Origin: Saccharolobus solfataricus P2
Lineage (GTDB): Archaea > Thermoproteota > Thermoprotei_A > Sulfolobales > Sulfolobaceae
Length of the DNA stretch: 64,000 bases
Strand: one strand, 5' to 3'
Assembly (NCBI RefSeq): GCF_000007005.1
Contig: NC_002754.1
In this document: positions 44,247-53,604 of the stretch, piece after piece
How the letters are laid out: each line of letters opens with the position of its first letter
Position numbering within the stretch: position 1 is the stretch's first letter
Notes under the pieces: model-generated
The model's input: only the letters and a program-made list of their open reading frames with translations
Told to the model about the DNA's origin: nothing
The model's database searches: none
Made by a program: the position numbers and the translations under genes

Positions 44247-45035
44247 TCAAATTTCAACCGGAATTGGTAATCTCCCAACATAACCTCCTATAAAACTCTG
44301 TAAGACGACCGAAAACCCAACTAGTACTCCCACGTACGTTAATGGAATTAGGATGAAGGAGTAAAATAGGGCTGGAATCTGGGCATAGAACTCTTCAGTT
44401 TGTAGTGAAATATCTTGTAAGACGAAGTTTTGGTTTTGGAGAGGGGAACTGTTGGATATGAGTATTGGTAAAAGTGGGAGCCCCACATAAAACACTATGG
44501 TAAAGGATATTAACATGGCTCCAATTCCCTTACCCATCTGAAATGGCAAAGCCATCAATAGTATTCCAATTGCGATTAATACCATATAAGACGATTGGAT
44601 GAAAATACCTAAATCCATATAGAAGTTTAATAGAATTAATATATCTGTTAGGAATGAAATGTATTGTAAAAGTGGTGTTACCAAGGAGTAGAACTGGCTA
44701 GGTACCTTAAAATAGTAGAGTATTAGCGCTATAATGCCGTATAGGAATTTCCCCATATTGATGGCCACACCGGTTTGGATTTGAAGTAGACCTATATCTA
44801 AGTAAAAGGTACTCCAATTCGCTCCTACTATGTTTTGTAATTGTGACAATATAGAAAGAATGAGGCCAAAGATGTTGGCTAATACTGCTACGTAGATTGA
44901 GTTAACTATCATTTTATGACCCATTTCTTTGAATCCTCTTACTGGTATTGGAGAGCCGTAAAGTAGTGCACCTATAGTGTAAGAGAGGGAGTCTATTATA
45001 ATCGCTAAATACAGTATTTCAAATGGTGAGTACAC
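44247..45035 (-). CDS. cedA: CedA-like membrane protein (paralogue of the crenarchaeal DNA-import channel subunit)
   Basis: YTIGALLYGSPIPVRGFKEMGHKMIVNSIY and ALPFQMGKGIGAMLI..FYVGLPLLP resemble CedA/CedA1 from recall; about 6 TM helices; GTG start. Confidence 0.75.
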   Translation of the reverse strand: MYSPFEILYLAIIIDSLSYTIGALLYGSPIPVRGFKEMGHKMIVNSIYVAVLANIFGLILSILSQLQNIVGANWSTFYLDIGLLQIQTGVAINMGKFLYGIIALILYYFKVPSQFYSLVTPLLQYISFLTDILILLNFYMDLGIFIQSSYMVLIAIGILLMALPFQMGKGIGAMLISFTIVFYVGLPLLPILISNSSPLQNQNFVLQDISLQTEEFYAQIPALFYSFILIPLTYVGVLVGFSVVLQSFIGGYVGRLPIPVEI

Positions 45036-45099
45036 GGGAATTTTTAATAGACTATATTGTCTGAGGGAAGACCGATATTATTTTTTAGCTAAATGTTAA

Positions 45100-46353
45100 A
45101 TGTTAAACGAGATGAGCTCACTATCAAGCAGGGAAATTAAGTTAATATTCCTAAATTTCATGAGTTATACATTTCTAGTATATAATTATTCGATATTGTT
45201 AGTATTTAACTCACCATATATCTCTCAAACGTTATTTAAAGGTTCGTACGTACTCTCACTATTAGGGGTTTATGGCTTACTATTAATAGACGTAGTTATG
45301 AGAGTGCCTGGGGCTTACGTATTGGGACCAATAAGCGATAGGTATGGTAGGAAGCTAGTTACCAGAATATCCAGTTTAGGCTCAGCTTTGCCTTTAGTTG
45401 CAGTAGCCCTAATACCAGATCCCTCTCCCTTGTTATTAATAATACTATATGTGATACAAGGTTTCTTTACGGGAGGATTATCAGCTGGGATAACTGTAGT
45501 AGGTGTCGAGGATTTGCCGGAAAGACATAGGGGTTGGTTTGGAGGATCTGGATTTGCTGTTGGTGGTTCAGCGTACCTTCTAGCGTCAATAGTGTTTTTC
45601 ATAATAATTACCGTAATAGGTAGTTATAACTATATTGAAATAGGATGGAGAATAATGTTCTTGACCTCTCTTCTTATCTTGCCCTTTGGGTTCTTAATGC
45701 CTGAGTCCTTAAGGTTTAGGAGAAATAAGGAGAGGGTAAAATCACCTGCTAAGCTGTTAATTTCGTCATACAAGAGACAATTTATATTGTCATCAACGTT
45801 AACGGCTCTTTGGGCTTCGATGAATGCGTTAGTTAACGTCATGTTACCTAATTTTCTTTACGCCGTTAATCACTTATCAAAAGTTGAAATAGGATACATG
45901 TCCTTGATATACAGTGTAATAGCTATCATTTCGGCATTTATGGGAGGTGAATTGAGTGAAAAAATTGGCAGAAAGAAGGTATCAATGATAGGTGGAATTT
46001 TTGGAATTTTGCTCTCACCAGTTTTCATACTAATGTCCCTATCTTCAAGGTCGTTAATTCCCATTTTTGTTTCAATTCTGGGCTTCGTATCTGTATTTGG
46101 AGGTGGTGGGATAATGAGCTACGTAAATGAGAATTTCCCAACCAAAATTAGAAGCACTGGGGTATCCTTAAGCTGGAATATAGGGTTCTTAGTTGGAAAT
46201 TTCGTCCCATTACTTCTCATAACTGTCCTTTACCTTACTTCAATAACATTATTCCCACTCGTGGAAATGGTAACTATGATCATTCTTGGCGCATTAATAA
46301 TTTCGGTAAGCGTTATCTCGCATGAGACAAAGGGCAATATAGAGAAGGAGTAG
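45100..46353 (+). CDS. MFS transporter
   Basis: RVPGAYVLGPISDRYGRK, EDLPERHRG and SEKIGRKK. Confidence 0.9.
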   Translation: MLNEMSSLSSREIKLIFLNFMSYTFLVYNYSILLVFNSPYISQTLFKGSYVLSLLGVYGLLLIDVVMRVPGAYVLGPISDRYGRKLVTRISSLGSALPLVAVALIPDPSPLLLIILYVIQGFFTGGLSAGITVVGVEDLPERHRGWFGGSGFAVGGSAYLLASIVFFIIITVIGSYNYIEIGWRIMFLTSLLILPFGFLMPESLRFRRNKERVKSPAKLLISSYKRQFILSSTLTALWASMNALVNVMLPNFLYAVNHLSKVEIGYMSLIYSVIAIISAFMGGELSEKIGRKKVSMIGGIFGILLSPVFILMSLSSRSLIPIFVSILGFVSVFGGGGIMSYVNENFPTKIRSTGVSLSWNIGFLVGNFVPLLLITVLYLTSITLFPLVEMVTMIILGALIISVSVISHETKGNIEKE

Positions 46354-46499
46354 TTTCTTCCAATCCTCCCTAAATTACACCTCAATTCAATTCCTATAAT
46401 GATGTCTAACAGCAGCGAACTACCCTCACCGGCAGACCCAAAATGACCCCCTTGAAAATAAATCTGTAAGATTATTAAGCGTTTCCTTTGTTTTAATGG

Positions 46500-47477
46500 A
46501 ATTATCCTCCGGTATTAATGTAATAAAAGGATGAGTAAAAGTCTTCCCTCTTCACATCCTTGAATGTGGTGAAGAGGCACCACATGCTTCGCCTCTAACA
46601 AAGTGGACTGTGGCAGTAACGTGATTTTCTGCCACCGTGGAAGGAAGTAGAGAGCTATCATGAAGATCAGCTTACGGAACGCGAACTTGGTTGAGCTTAT
46701 GAACGGGAGAAACGACTTGATATTCCTATAGGAAGTCTCTATTGGGTTCACCTTGCTGTAAAGCCTAAACACCACATCCTTGGGTAGATCTAGGTTCGTG
46801 GCCCTAGCGAAGTACTCAATTCTTCCTCCTAATCCCTACCTTGAACAATTAACTTGAACTTCACCTGCTCGTCCCTCCTATGTCTCTTGCTATTCTTCGC
46901 CTTCATCGAAATCGTCGTAGATTTTCAAGGTACCTACTGGGACTGCAACTTGAAATGGGAGATGAAGTTCAACACGTCTAATGAGTAGAATCCTGCGTCA
47001 AGTGTTATCACGTTTACTTTTAGACCCATTGGTGAGATCTGTTCAATAAGTAGCTTGACTATGTCGTCTTTTGTTATCCCTTTTTCTTGTTAGATGAATG
47101 CTAGTATTTTCCCGTTGTGTTTTGTCGTTGCAGTTGCGTAGTTCCATGAGTATCCATCTTCTGAGCTACCTAACCTCTCTACCGGTCTGCCACCTTATCG
47201 TGGTCCAATCTATTGATATGTTTACTTTCCTCACTGCTTTTAGCATTTCAAGGGATAGTTGCTTCACTCGTTCGAGTAATTTCTCAGCTACTTCTTCTTT
47301 CTCGGCGTAGTTCCTCACTGTTTGGCTTGAGGTCTCGAACATCTTTGACTTGTTCTCGATTGAGTCGTTCCACGGCTGTGACGAGGGTTTCACTTGTTCT
47401 TTTCCCTTTCTTCCCTTAAAGTCTATCATGGAAAGTAATTTATACCCTATTTGCTGAATTTAGGTGGGGAAAGTCGA
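46500..47477 (-). pseudogene. Decayed ISH3-family (ISC1200/ISC1160-like) transposase
   Basis: Fragments in several frames: SIDWTT, GYSWNYATATTK, ITLDAGFYS and NPIETSYRNIKSFLPF; stops and frameshifts; only one putative end (about 47461-47477) seen. Confidence 0.85.
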
Positions 47478-47629
47478 GTATTATCATTTGGAATTCACTT
47501 CTTGGTAATATAGATCTCCTCACCTTAAATCTTTCTTTAGTCGTTGAGTTCCTAACAAAGCTATAATTTCTATTATTTTTCCAGAATCTAATATTACTCA
47601 AACAGAATTATTTTTTGTAAAATAATTTT

Positions 47630-47770
47630 GGGTCTACCGAGTCCCGAGGGTACCGATCCAGCTCCTACAGCCGAGGTCTAAGAAAATTTTCACATATAAC
47701 TATAAAAACGTTTCTATAAGGGGGCTATCCATCTCTCACGGAAGGGGACTTTCGCCCCCTTAACCCCCAT
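47630..47770 (-). mobile_element. Short non-coding IS200/IS605-derived remnant
   Basis: GC-rich island. Minus strand GGGGGTTAAGGGGGCGAAAGTCCCC..GGATAGCCCCC resembles Sulfolobus IS605 left ends (from recall), followed by a TATA-like tract and a second GC-rich block. Confidence 0.45.
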
Positions 47771-48155
47771 TAAGTCAAATCCCTCTTTTTATTTGGGAAA
47801 CTCGATTAGTAGTTTTAGGAAATTCCCTTATCATAAAAAGTCAAAATATTTATCCATGTGTTTATAAATATCTTTCATTGTACTTCTTAATATTATAGCT
47901 TATTAATAAACATTTTTCATCTAACCAGGAAAGATTTATTATATATTTTTAACGTAACGTAAAAGTGTAACGATTTTCCTATAAATGCTACTCGATGTTC
48001 CAAAATTACGTTAAAATAGGAAAAACATACAGATTATTAAGAATAACCCAGTTTAGACTGTAACACATTTGCATAACTTTTAAATACTTTTAATCATTTC
48101 ACAATATGATCTTTATTATGATTATGTTTATATATTATTTCCTCTACATTATAAA

Positions 48156-48347
48156 TTGATGAACTCCATACTGATGACGGGCTATGCTCACGAGGTATTG
48201 GGGGCGACAAATACGGATGGGAGGGTAGTGGTGTTTCCCTCGACTAGCCCCAATGAGTTGAGGGTGAGTGTGTATGAGCCCTCAAGAGGGGTGCCCGTGG
48301 CGGAATTAGAAGTGGTTAAAAGTAAGCAGAAGTTACGCCACGGGTAA
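48156..48347 (+). ncRNA. Candidate structured RNA / orphan tnpB 3'-end (omegaRNA-like)
   Basis: TTTATATA at 48127-48134; stems TTGAGGG/CCCTCAA (48258-64/48279-85) and CCCGTGGCG/CGCCACGGG (48294-302/48336-44); encoded peptide resembles TnpB C-terminal tails. Confidence 0.4.
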
Positions 48348-49368
48348 ACACAGCTAGGATAAGTCTATTCACTTTCTTAACCTTACCCTCTAAAGAACTA
48401 ATAGCAAAGGATTTAATGAATGACGCTATGGGACCACTTATTACGGTGTTCTTTATCAAACCAATATAATCTTCACCAATCTTGAGCACTATAGCTCTCT
48501 GTACTGGTTTAAACTCTACTTTCTCATCCTTTATTGCATTATTCATGGCAACTTCGCCAGCCTGTAAGGAAACTTGTGCAGATTGTGGAATAAACCCATC
48601 CTTAAAGTTAGCACAATCCCCCGCGCCATAAACGAAATCATAATCGATTGATCTGAGATATCTGTCAACTAGCATTCTATTGTTCTTATTCGATAATGCC
48701 ATTTCCTTTATTATTTTAGGACCGGAAAAACCTGCAGAGAAGATTACATAATCACTCCTTATTCTTCCTTGCGTGGTAACTACCTCATTCTGATTTACTT
48801 CCTCTACCTTAGCACTTAAAATTACGTTAACGCCTTGATTTTCCAAAACCCTTTGAACTTCCCTAGAGAAATCGGAGACCAGATAGGGTAATAGTCTACT
48901 TTCTGCCTCAACTAAATTTACAATATGACCCCTCTTCCTCAACGCTCCAGCCAACTCGACTCCTAACGCTCCTCCTCCGAGAATTGTAACTACGGAACCC
49001 TCTTTAAATGACTTAATCTTTTCTATATTTTCCAAAGTAAATCCTATACCGTAATTTTCAGCTCCCTTTATCTTACTTAAATCTTGCTCATAACCTAAGG
49101 CAATTATTAATTTATCGAACTTGATTTCACCATTAGTCGTTATTACCTTCTTCTCCTTAAAGTCAACCTTTAAAATCTTAGCCTTAACGTCAACTTTCCT
49201 ATGAATTAAGGCGTATGATAAAGGAAGGTTCTTCTCTATAACCTCTACCAGCCTTGGAGTAACTACCATGAAGTCCTTTTCGTCAACGAGTATTGCATTA
49301 GGATATACTAACTTAGCCGCAATACCTGCAAATCCTCCTCCTAATATTACTACTCTTTCACCTTGCAT
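48316..49368 (-). CDS. NAD(P)/FAD-dependent oxidoreductase (type II NADH dehydrogenase-like)
   Basis: GGGFAG, GGGALGVELAG, YGAGDCA and PQSAQVSLQAG. Confidence 0.88.
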   Translation of the reverse strand: MQGERVVILGGGFAGIAAKLVYPNAILVDEKDFMVVTPRLVEVIEKNLPLSYALIHRKVDVKAKILKVDFKEKKVITTNGEIKFDKLIIALGYEQDLSKIKGAENYGIGFTLENIEKIKSFKEGSVVTILGGGALGVELAGALRKRGHIVNLVEAESRLLPYLVSDFSREVQRVLENQGVNVILSAKVEEVNQNEVVTTQGRIRSDYVIFSAGFSGPKIIKEMALSNKNNRMLVDRYLRSIDYDFVYGAGDCANFKDGFIPQSAQVSLQAGEVAMNNAIKDEKVEFKPVQRAIVLKIGEDYIGLIKNTVISGPIASFIKSFAISSLEGKVKKVNRLILAVFTRGVTSAYF

Positions 49369-49510
49369 ATGTTTATACTTTACACATAACTATTTAAATA
49401 TTACAGCTAATCTCTTAACTAATGAGTCATTCTTTAGTATGTTTTGTTTTGATAGATGACGATACTTATATTTCTAGCAACTTTTTAAGAGCGTAAGCGT
49501 TTATCATAGT

Positions 49511-50590
49511 ATGAAAAGTGAGGATTTTTTATTAGTGTTAGCTTCCTCCGTAGGTGGAATAGTTTGGGGAGCTAACACGGTTATAATGGCGTTATATCTG
49601 AAATCGCTTGGTCTAAATCCCTTAACAATAGGAGTAATATTGGGAAGCGCTATAATAGTTAATACGTTATTATCCTTATTCTGGGCAGTATTGGGAGACG
49701 CTTACGGAAGGAAGAAATTCGTATACATATCTAGAGGTGTCGGAGGACTCTCCTTTCTTCTACTTCTAATAACCCCTTATGCATATCTTTTTATAAACCA
49801 AGGTTATGGCCTAATCTCCTCAATACTAGCTGAGAAAAGTGGAGATTTGGATAAGGCAATGGCTTATAGGTCATCCTTAAATACAATCTTCTCCGTAGTA
49901 GGTTCCTTACTGCCAATAGTGCTAAACTATAGAAGCATTATAGCAGTTGACAGTATCGTAACGTTCTTATCGTTATTACTTCTCATTCCAGTTAAGGAAA
50001 ATTATAGGGGAACAAGGAAAGTGACGCTTAAAATCTCTTCCTTTAAGGTGTTAGGAAAACTCTCAACCGAGGCAATAATAGGATTGGGAGCAGGGGTCTT
50101 GTTACCTATGCTATCTTTATGGTTCAACTTAAGGTTTCACGCCACAGCTTCATCGCTTTCTCCAATATATGCAATATCAGAGATAACCTTAGCATTGGGT
50201 ACCTTAACCTCGCCGTTTTTAGCTAAAACATTGGGTAGAATAAGAGCAATAGTAATAACGCATTTTGCCGCAATAGCCCTCCTATTTATAATGCCATTTT
50301 CCACTTCCTTATTTATTGCTGGAGTAATTTACGTAATGAGAAACGTATTAATGAATTCGACTGGGCCATTGATGAATAGCTTAGTTTTCAAAGTTGTGAA
50401 AGAAGAGGAAAGGAGTAGGGTAAATAGTATGCTTCAGCTCCTTGATGCAATTCCCCGATCTTTAGGACCCAATCTGACAGGTTATTTATTTTATATTGGG
50501 AACTTAAATGTACCCTTCTTTATAACGGGATCGTTGTATCTAGTTGCGACAATTCTCTTCTATAACTTCTTTAAGGATATAAAAATATGA
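49511..50590 (+). CDS. MFS transporter
   Basis: GDAYGRKK and LGRIRAIV loop motifs; about 11-12 TM helices. Confidence 0.88.
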   Translation: MKSEDFLLVLASSVGGIVWGANTVIMALYLKSLGLNPLTIGVILGSAIIVNTLLSLFWAVLGDAYGRKKFVYISRGVGGLSFLLLLITPYAYLFINQGYGLISSILAEKSGDLDKAMAYRSSLNTIFSVVGSLLPIVLNYRSIIAVDSIVTFLSLLLLIPVKENYRGTRKVTLKISSFKVLGKLSTEAIIGLGAGVLLPMLSLWFNLRFHATASSLSPIYAISEITLALGTLTSPFLAKTLGRIRAIVITHFAAIALLFIMPFSTSLFIAGVIYVMRNVLMNSTGPLMNSLVFKVVKEEERSRVNSMLQLLDAIPRSLGPNLTGYLFYIGNLNVPFFITGSLYLVATILFYNFFKDIKI

Positions 50591-50629
50591 AATAATAAGA
50601 AATAATTACTTTAAAAAAGAGGAATGTAT

Positions 50630-51238
50630 TTATACAAACGGAGTCCATTTAGCGAATCCAGCTAGGTGGCTAGGCACTGCCTCTAAACCTATATATCCTG
50701 CCATAAGTGCTGCGAGGATCAATAGTACTGCATCAATTATTAGGAATACCTTGCTGACCTTAACGTTATCAAGAAATACGGCAACTGGATAAAAGAAGAT
50801 GGAAGATAAACCTGTTAATGCGTAAAGTGCTAATAATGCTATTGGTTCAAGGGTCATATTGTATAAATAACCAGTCACTCCATAGTATATAGTAACTAGT
50901 CCGTACAATAATCCCATAAAACCTAAAACTTCCAGCTTATAGTCATTTTTTACACTAACTGCAATGCTCATTAATCCAATTCCTAAAATTGGGTATAAGT
51001 CGTAAAATAATATGTTGTAGCTACTAATCAATGGCCATACTAACAGTCCGTAAATTCCAGTAATTGTCATAAATATTCCTAATGCTAGGAGTGGCATATA
51101 TGCGCTCTTCATGGCGTTCCTATAGTCGACTACTGTACTGTGGACTCTATAGGTCTTAAATAACGCATAAGCTAATACTAAGAAGCTAACTGCCATAGCT
51201 ATGAGTTGACTTGTTAACGGATCTATGAATAAAGCCAT
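50630..51238 (-). CDS. DUF981-family membrane protein
   Basis: MALFIDPL, WPLISSYNILFYD and HLAGFAKW. Confidence 0.8.
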   Translation of the reverse strand: MALFIDPLTSQLIAMAVSFLVLAYALFKTYRVHSTVVDYRNAMKSAYMPLLALGIFMTITGIYGLLVWPLISSYNILFYDLYPILGIGLMSIAVSVKNDYKLEVLGFMGLLYGLVTIYYGVTGYLYNMTLEPIALLALYALTGLSSIFFYPVAVFLDNVKVSKVFLIIDAVLLILAALMAGYIGLEAVPSHLAGFAKWTPFV

Positions 51239-51466
51239 TTTATCACCATTTATAATTATGGATATATTTGACTATAAGCAACACGTGTTAAAGTATATAC
51301 TTTTGTATTGAAGTAAGATATAAGTATATAGTATTTAGAGCCCTTCGGGTATACATTCTTTTTTAAATCTTTTAGATTTATTCAAAATGTCCAACAAATT
51401 TAAAGAGAATAATTGAGTTAGCTTATAAATGTTATGTGTATAAATGTATTGAAATAAACGCTTATG

Positions 51467-52905
51467 CAGTGGTGTTTCACCAATTTTACTCAAAATGATA
51501 CAATTTCTATGGAAGAGAAAAATATCAGAGCGGAGTTAGAAAAATCGGCTTATTTCAACACAAGAAGCAAAAAATTTTCATATTTGTTGAAGAAACTAAC
51601 AGAAAACGAGTTTATATATAAAGAGTAATACCATTTGTCTAGTATTATCAATAGAGGAAAGTAGGTGGAAGGACGAGATGAACAAGAAAAGGTTAAAGCG
51701 AGGGACTCCATAACTCCGTTATGCAAACCATACAAGTATCCAAAACGGAGCTGAAGTCCCTCGCTATAAATTTAGCAACAATCAATATTAACGTTATCTC
51801 TCAAGATCTAGACCCGGAAATAGTGAAAGCAGCGCCATCCTTGCTAACCGGAAACAGAGGAAAATACTACTTGAAGGTAGTAAGACAAGGCGAGAAAGTA
51901 ATTAGTAAAGGTCAGAGAACCTTCAAGTTCTACCCAATCTACAGAGAAGTAAAGGGAGAGACCAACGTAGTCGCTGTAGATGAGACCGGATTAACCGTGG
52001 GAGAAAAGGAACAAGAAAAAGCAGAGGGCTTTCTACTCTACAACTGGAAGAGAAAAGGAATAAAGATGAGATCCTTGGACCTCGTATATCCCTTAAGGTT
52101 ACCCCTCCTAGTGGAGGTAGCAGATTTGAGAAGCGACAGTCCATCACAGTTCCTACTCAGGAGCGTGAGGGAAGTAAGCCAATACATGGAAATAGATTAC
52201 GTTGTAGCTGACGCCGGATTCTTGAACCTAGGGGTCATCAAGGAAATGCCCGTGAAGACCATTGTGAGAGGAAAGTCGAACTTGAAGGGATTCAAGGAAC
52301 TATCTAACGTTCCATTAGTTGAGAAGAGATACGAGGTTAAGGACAAGGTTTACGTTGCGTATAGGGTCTTGGAATTTGAAGGGCTTTATTATTACGATGT
52401 GGTTTACGTTAAGGGAAAGCCGAGGCACTTCATGTTCGTAACGAACTTCGAGGGAGATCCCTATGAACTGGCTGAACTCTATAGGTTGAGGTGGCAGGTT
52501 GAGGAGGGTTTTAAGGTTAGGAAGGCAAGGATAAGGTATGTTAGGAAGTTGAGTAATAAGATCTTCTTGTTCCTCTATTACACGGTTCTGGATTCTGCGT
52601 GGAATCTAGTGAATCATCTTCTCTTTAACTTCAAGTCCACGTGTAAGAAGGTTTTGTCCTTCGATTCATTCGTCAAGCTTCTCTAACTTTCTCGGTGTTC
52701 AGAGGAGACTATGCACGTCGTTTTCACCACGTGAGAAAAATTCAGAATTCTCCTCTTATTATTAGAATTGTACGCTATATTTTTTGCAAATTATTTTAAC
52801 ATGTTATGTTTCATAATAATTTTATTGTTTTTCTCTATATCAATCTCTTTTTGAAAGTGCTAATATTATATCTTTCAAATGAAATAATTTGGTGAAACAC
52901 CACTG
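51467..52905 (+). mobile_element. ISC1439 (second, divergent subtype), complete copy
   Basis: TIRs CAGTGGTGTTTCACCAA / TTGGTGAAACACCACTG; 1439 bp; 9-bp TSD ACGCTTATG at 51458-51466 and 52906-52914. Confidence 0.95.
51721..52686 (+). CDS. ISC1439 DDE transposase
   Basis: 321 aa; VAVDET, VVADAGF and YRLRWQVEEGFK. Confidence 0.95.
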   Translation: MQTIQVSKTELKSLAINLATININVISQDLDPEIVKAAPSLLTGNRGKYYLKVVRQGEKVISKGQRTFKFYPIYREVKGETNVVAVDETGLTVGEKEQEKAEGFLLYNWKRKGIKMRSLDLVYPLRLPLLVEVADLRSDSPSQFLLRSVREVSQYMEIDYVVADAGFLNLGVIKEMPVKTIVRGKSNLKGFKELSNVPLVEKRYEVKDKVYVAYRVLEFEGLYYYDVVYVKGKPRHFMFVTNFEGDPYELAELYRLRWQVEEGFKVRKARIRYVRKLSNKIFLFLYYTVLDSAWNLVNHLLFNFKSTCKKVLSFDSFVKLL

Positions 52906-53140
52906 ACGCTTATGTTATAGGTTTTTATGATTCTAATGTCAAATTATCTGAAAGATGATTAGACGGTAAATGAGCTTGACAATTTGGCTTCCTCATTCTT
53001 TGGAGTAAGCTTTATATTTTTAAAATCGAATATATTATTTTTAATATTTAGCATTCTGTAGACGACATCTGTTATTACATAGAAAAATAGAGTAAAATTT
53101 TAAGCTATTAATAGTGTTATAGAAATATAGGTGATAAAAA

Positions 53141-53404
53141 ATGATAGGAAGAATACTAAGTGGTATAGGTGGTATTATTGCTCTAATAGCTAGTTTAGTG
53201 AGTATAACTACAAGAGAGCCACTAATTAATCATTTAGTAAAAATATTGCTCATAACTGGAGATGCAGTAGTAGGTATGGGAATAATAGGACTCATCGGCT
53301 CTCTAACTACAATATATGGTGTATATAAGAACAACTGGAAGTACATGGTTAGCGGAGGTATACTAGGTCTATTTGCTCCGTTACTACTTCCAGTAAGTCT
53401 ATAG
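53141..53404 (+). CDS. Small hypothetical membrane protein
   Basis: 87 aa, three Gly-rich hydrophobic segments; AGGTGA RBS; may be truncated. Confidence 0.6.
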   Translation: MIGRILSGIGGIIALIASLVSITTREPLINHLVKILLITGDAVVGMGIIGLIGSLTTIYGVYKNNWKYMVSGGILGLFAPLLLPVSL

Positions 53405-53604
53405 TCTAGTATTATTTTATAAAATATTATTAAAAATAATTCCATTGTATTGGCCTTAATGAATACATAAAGCTTATCAACTTGATTAATTGATTCCTTG
53501 TTATCACTATTTATAAGAAACTTATTAATGAATTATAAAGTGTAACAAATTTCTGGAAACAGTAGTGTATACTTTCAATACTAAGTATTATAGGGGTTTG
53601 GGCT

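Noticed and set aside
45036-45130. DNA-damage responsive ANTTTC element upstream of the cedA-like gene
   Set aside because: No match found on the coding strand in this interval.
48157-48177. Two TGATGA (C-box) motifs suggesting a C/D box sRNA
   Set aside because: Only 8 nt lie before the overlapping CTGA, and no terminal D box was found at the expected distance.
52798-52805. Exact AACATGTT match
   Set aside because: Inside ISC1439; likely chance in AT-rich DNA.
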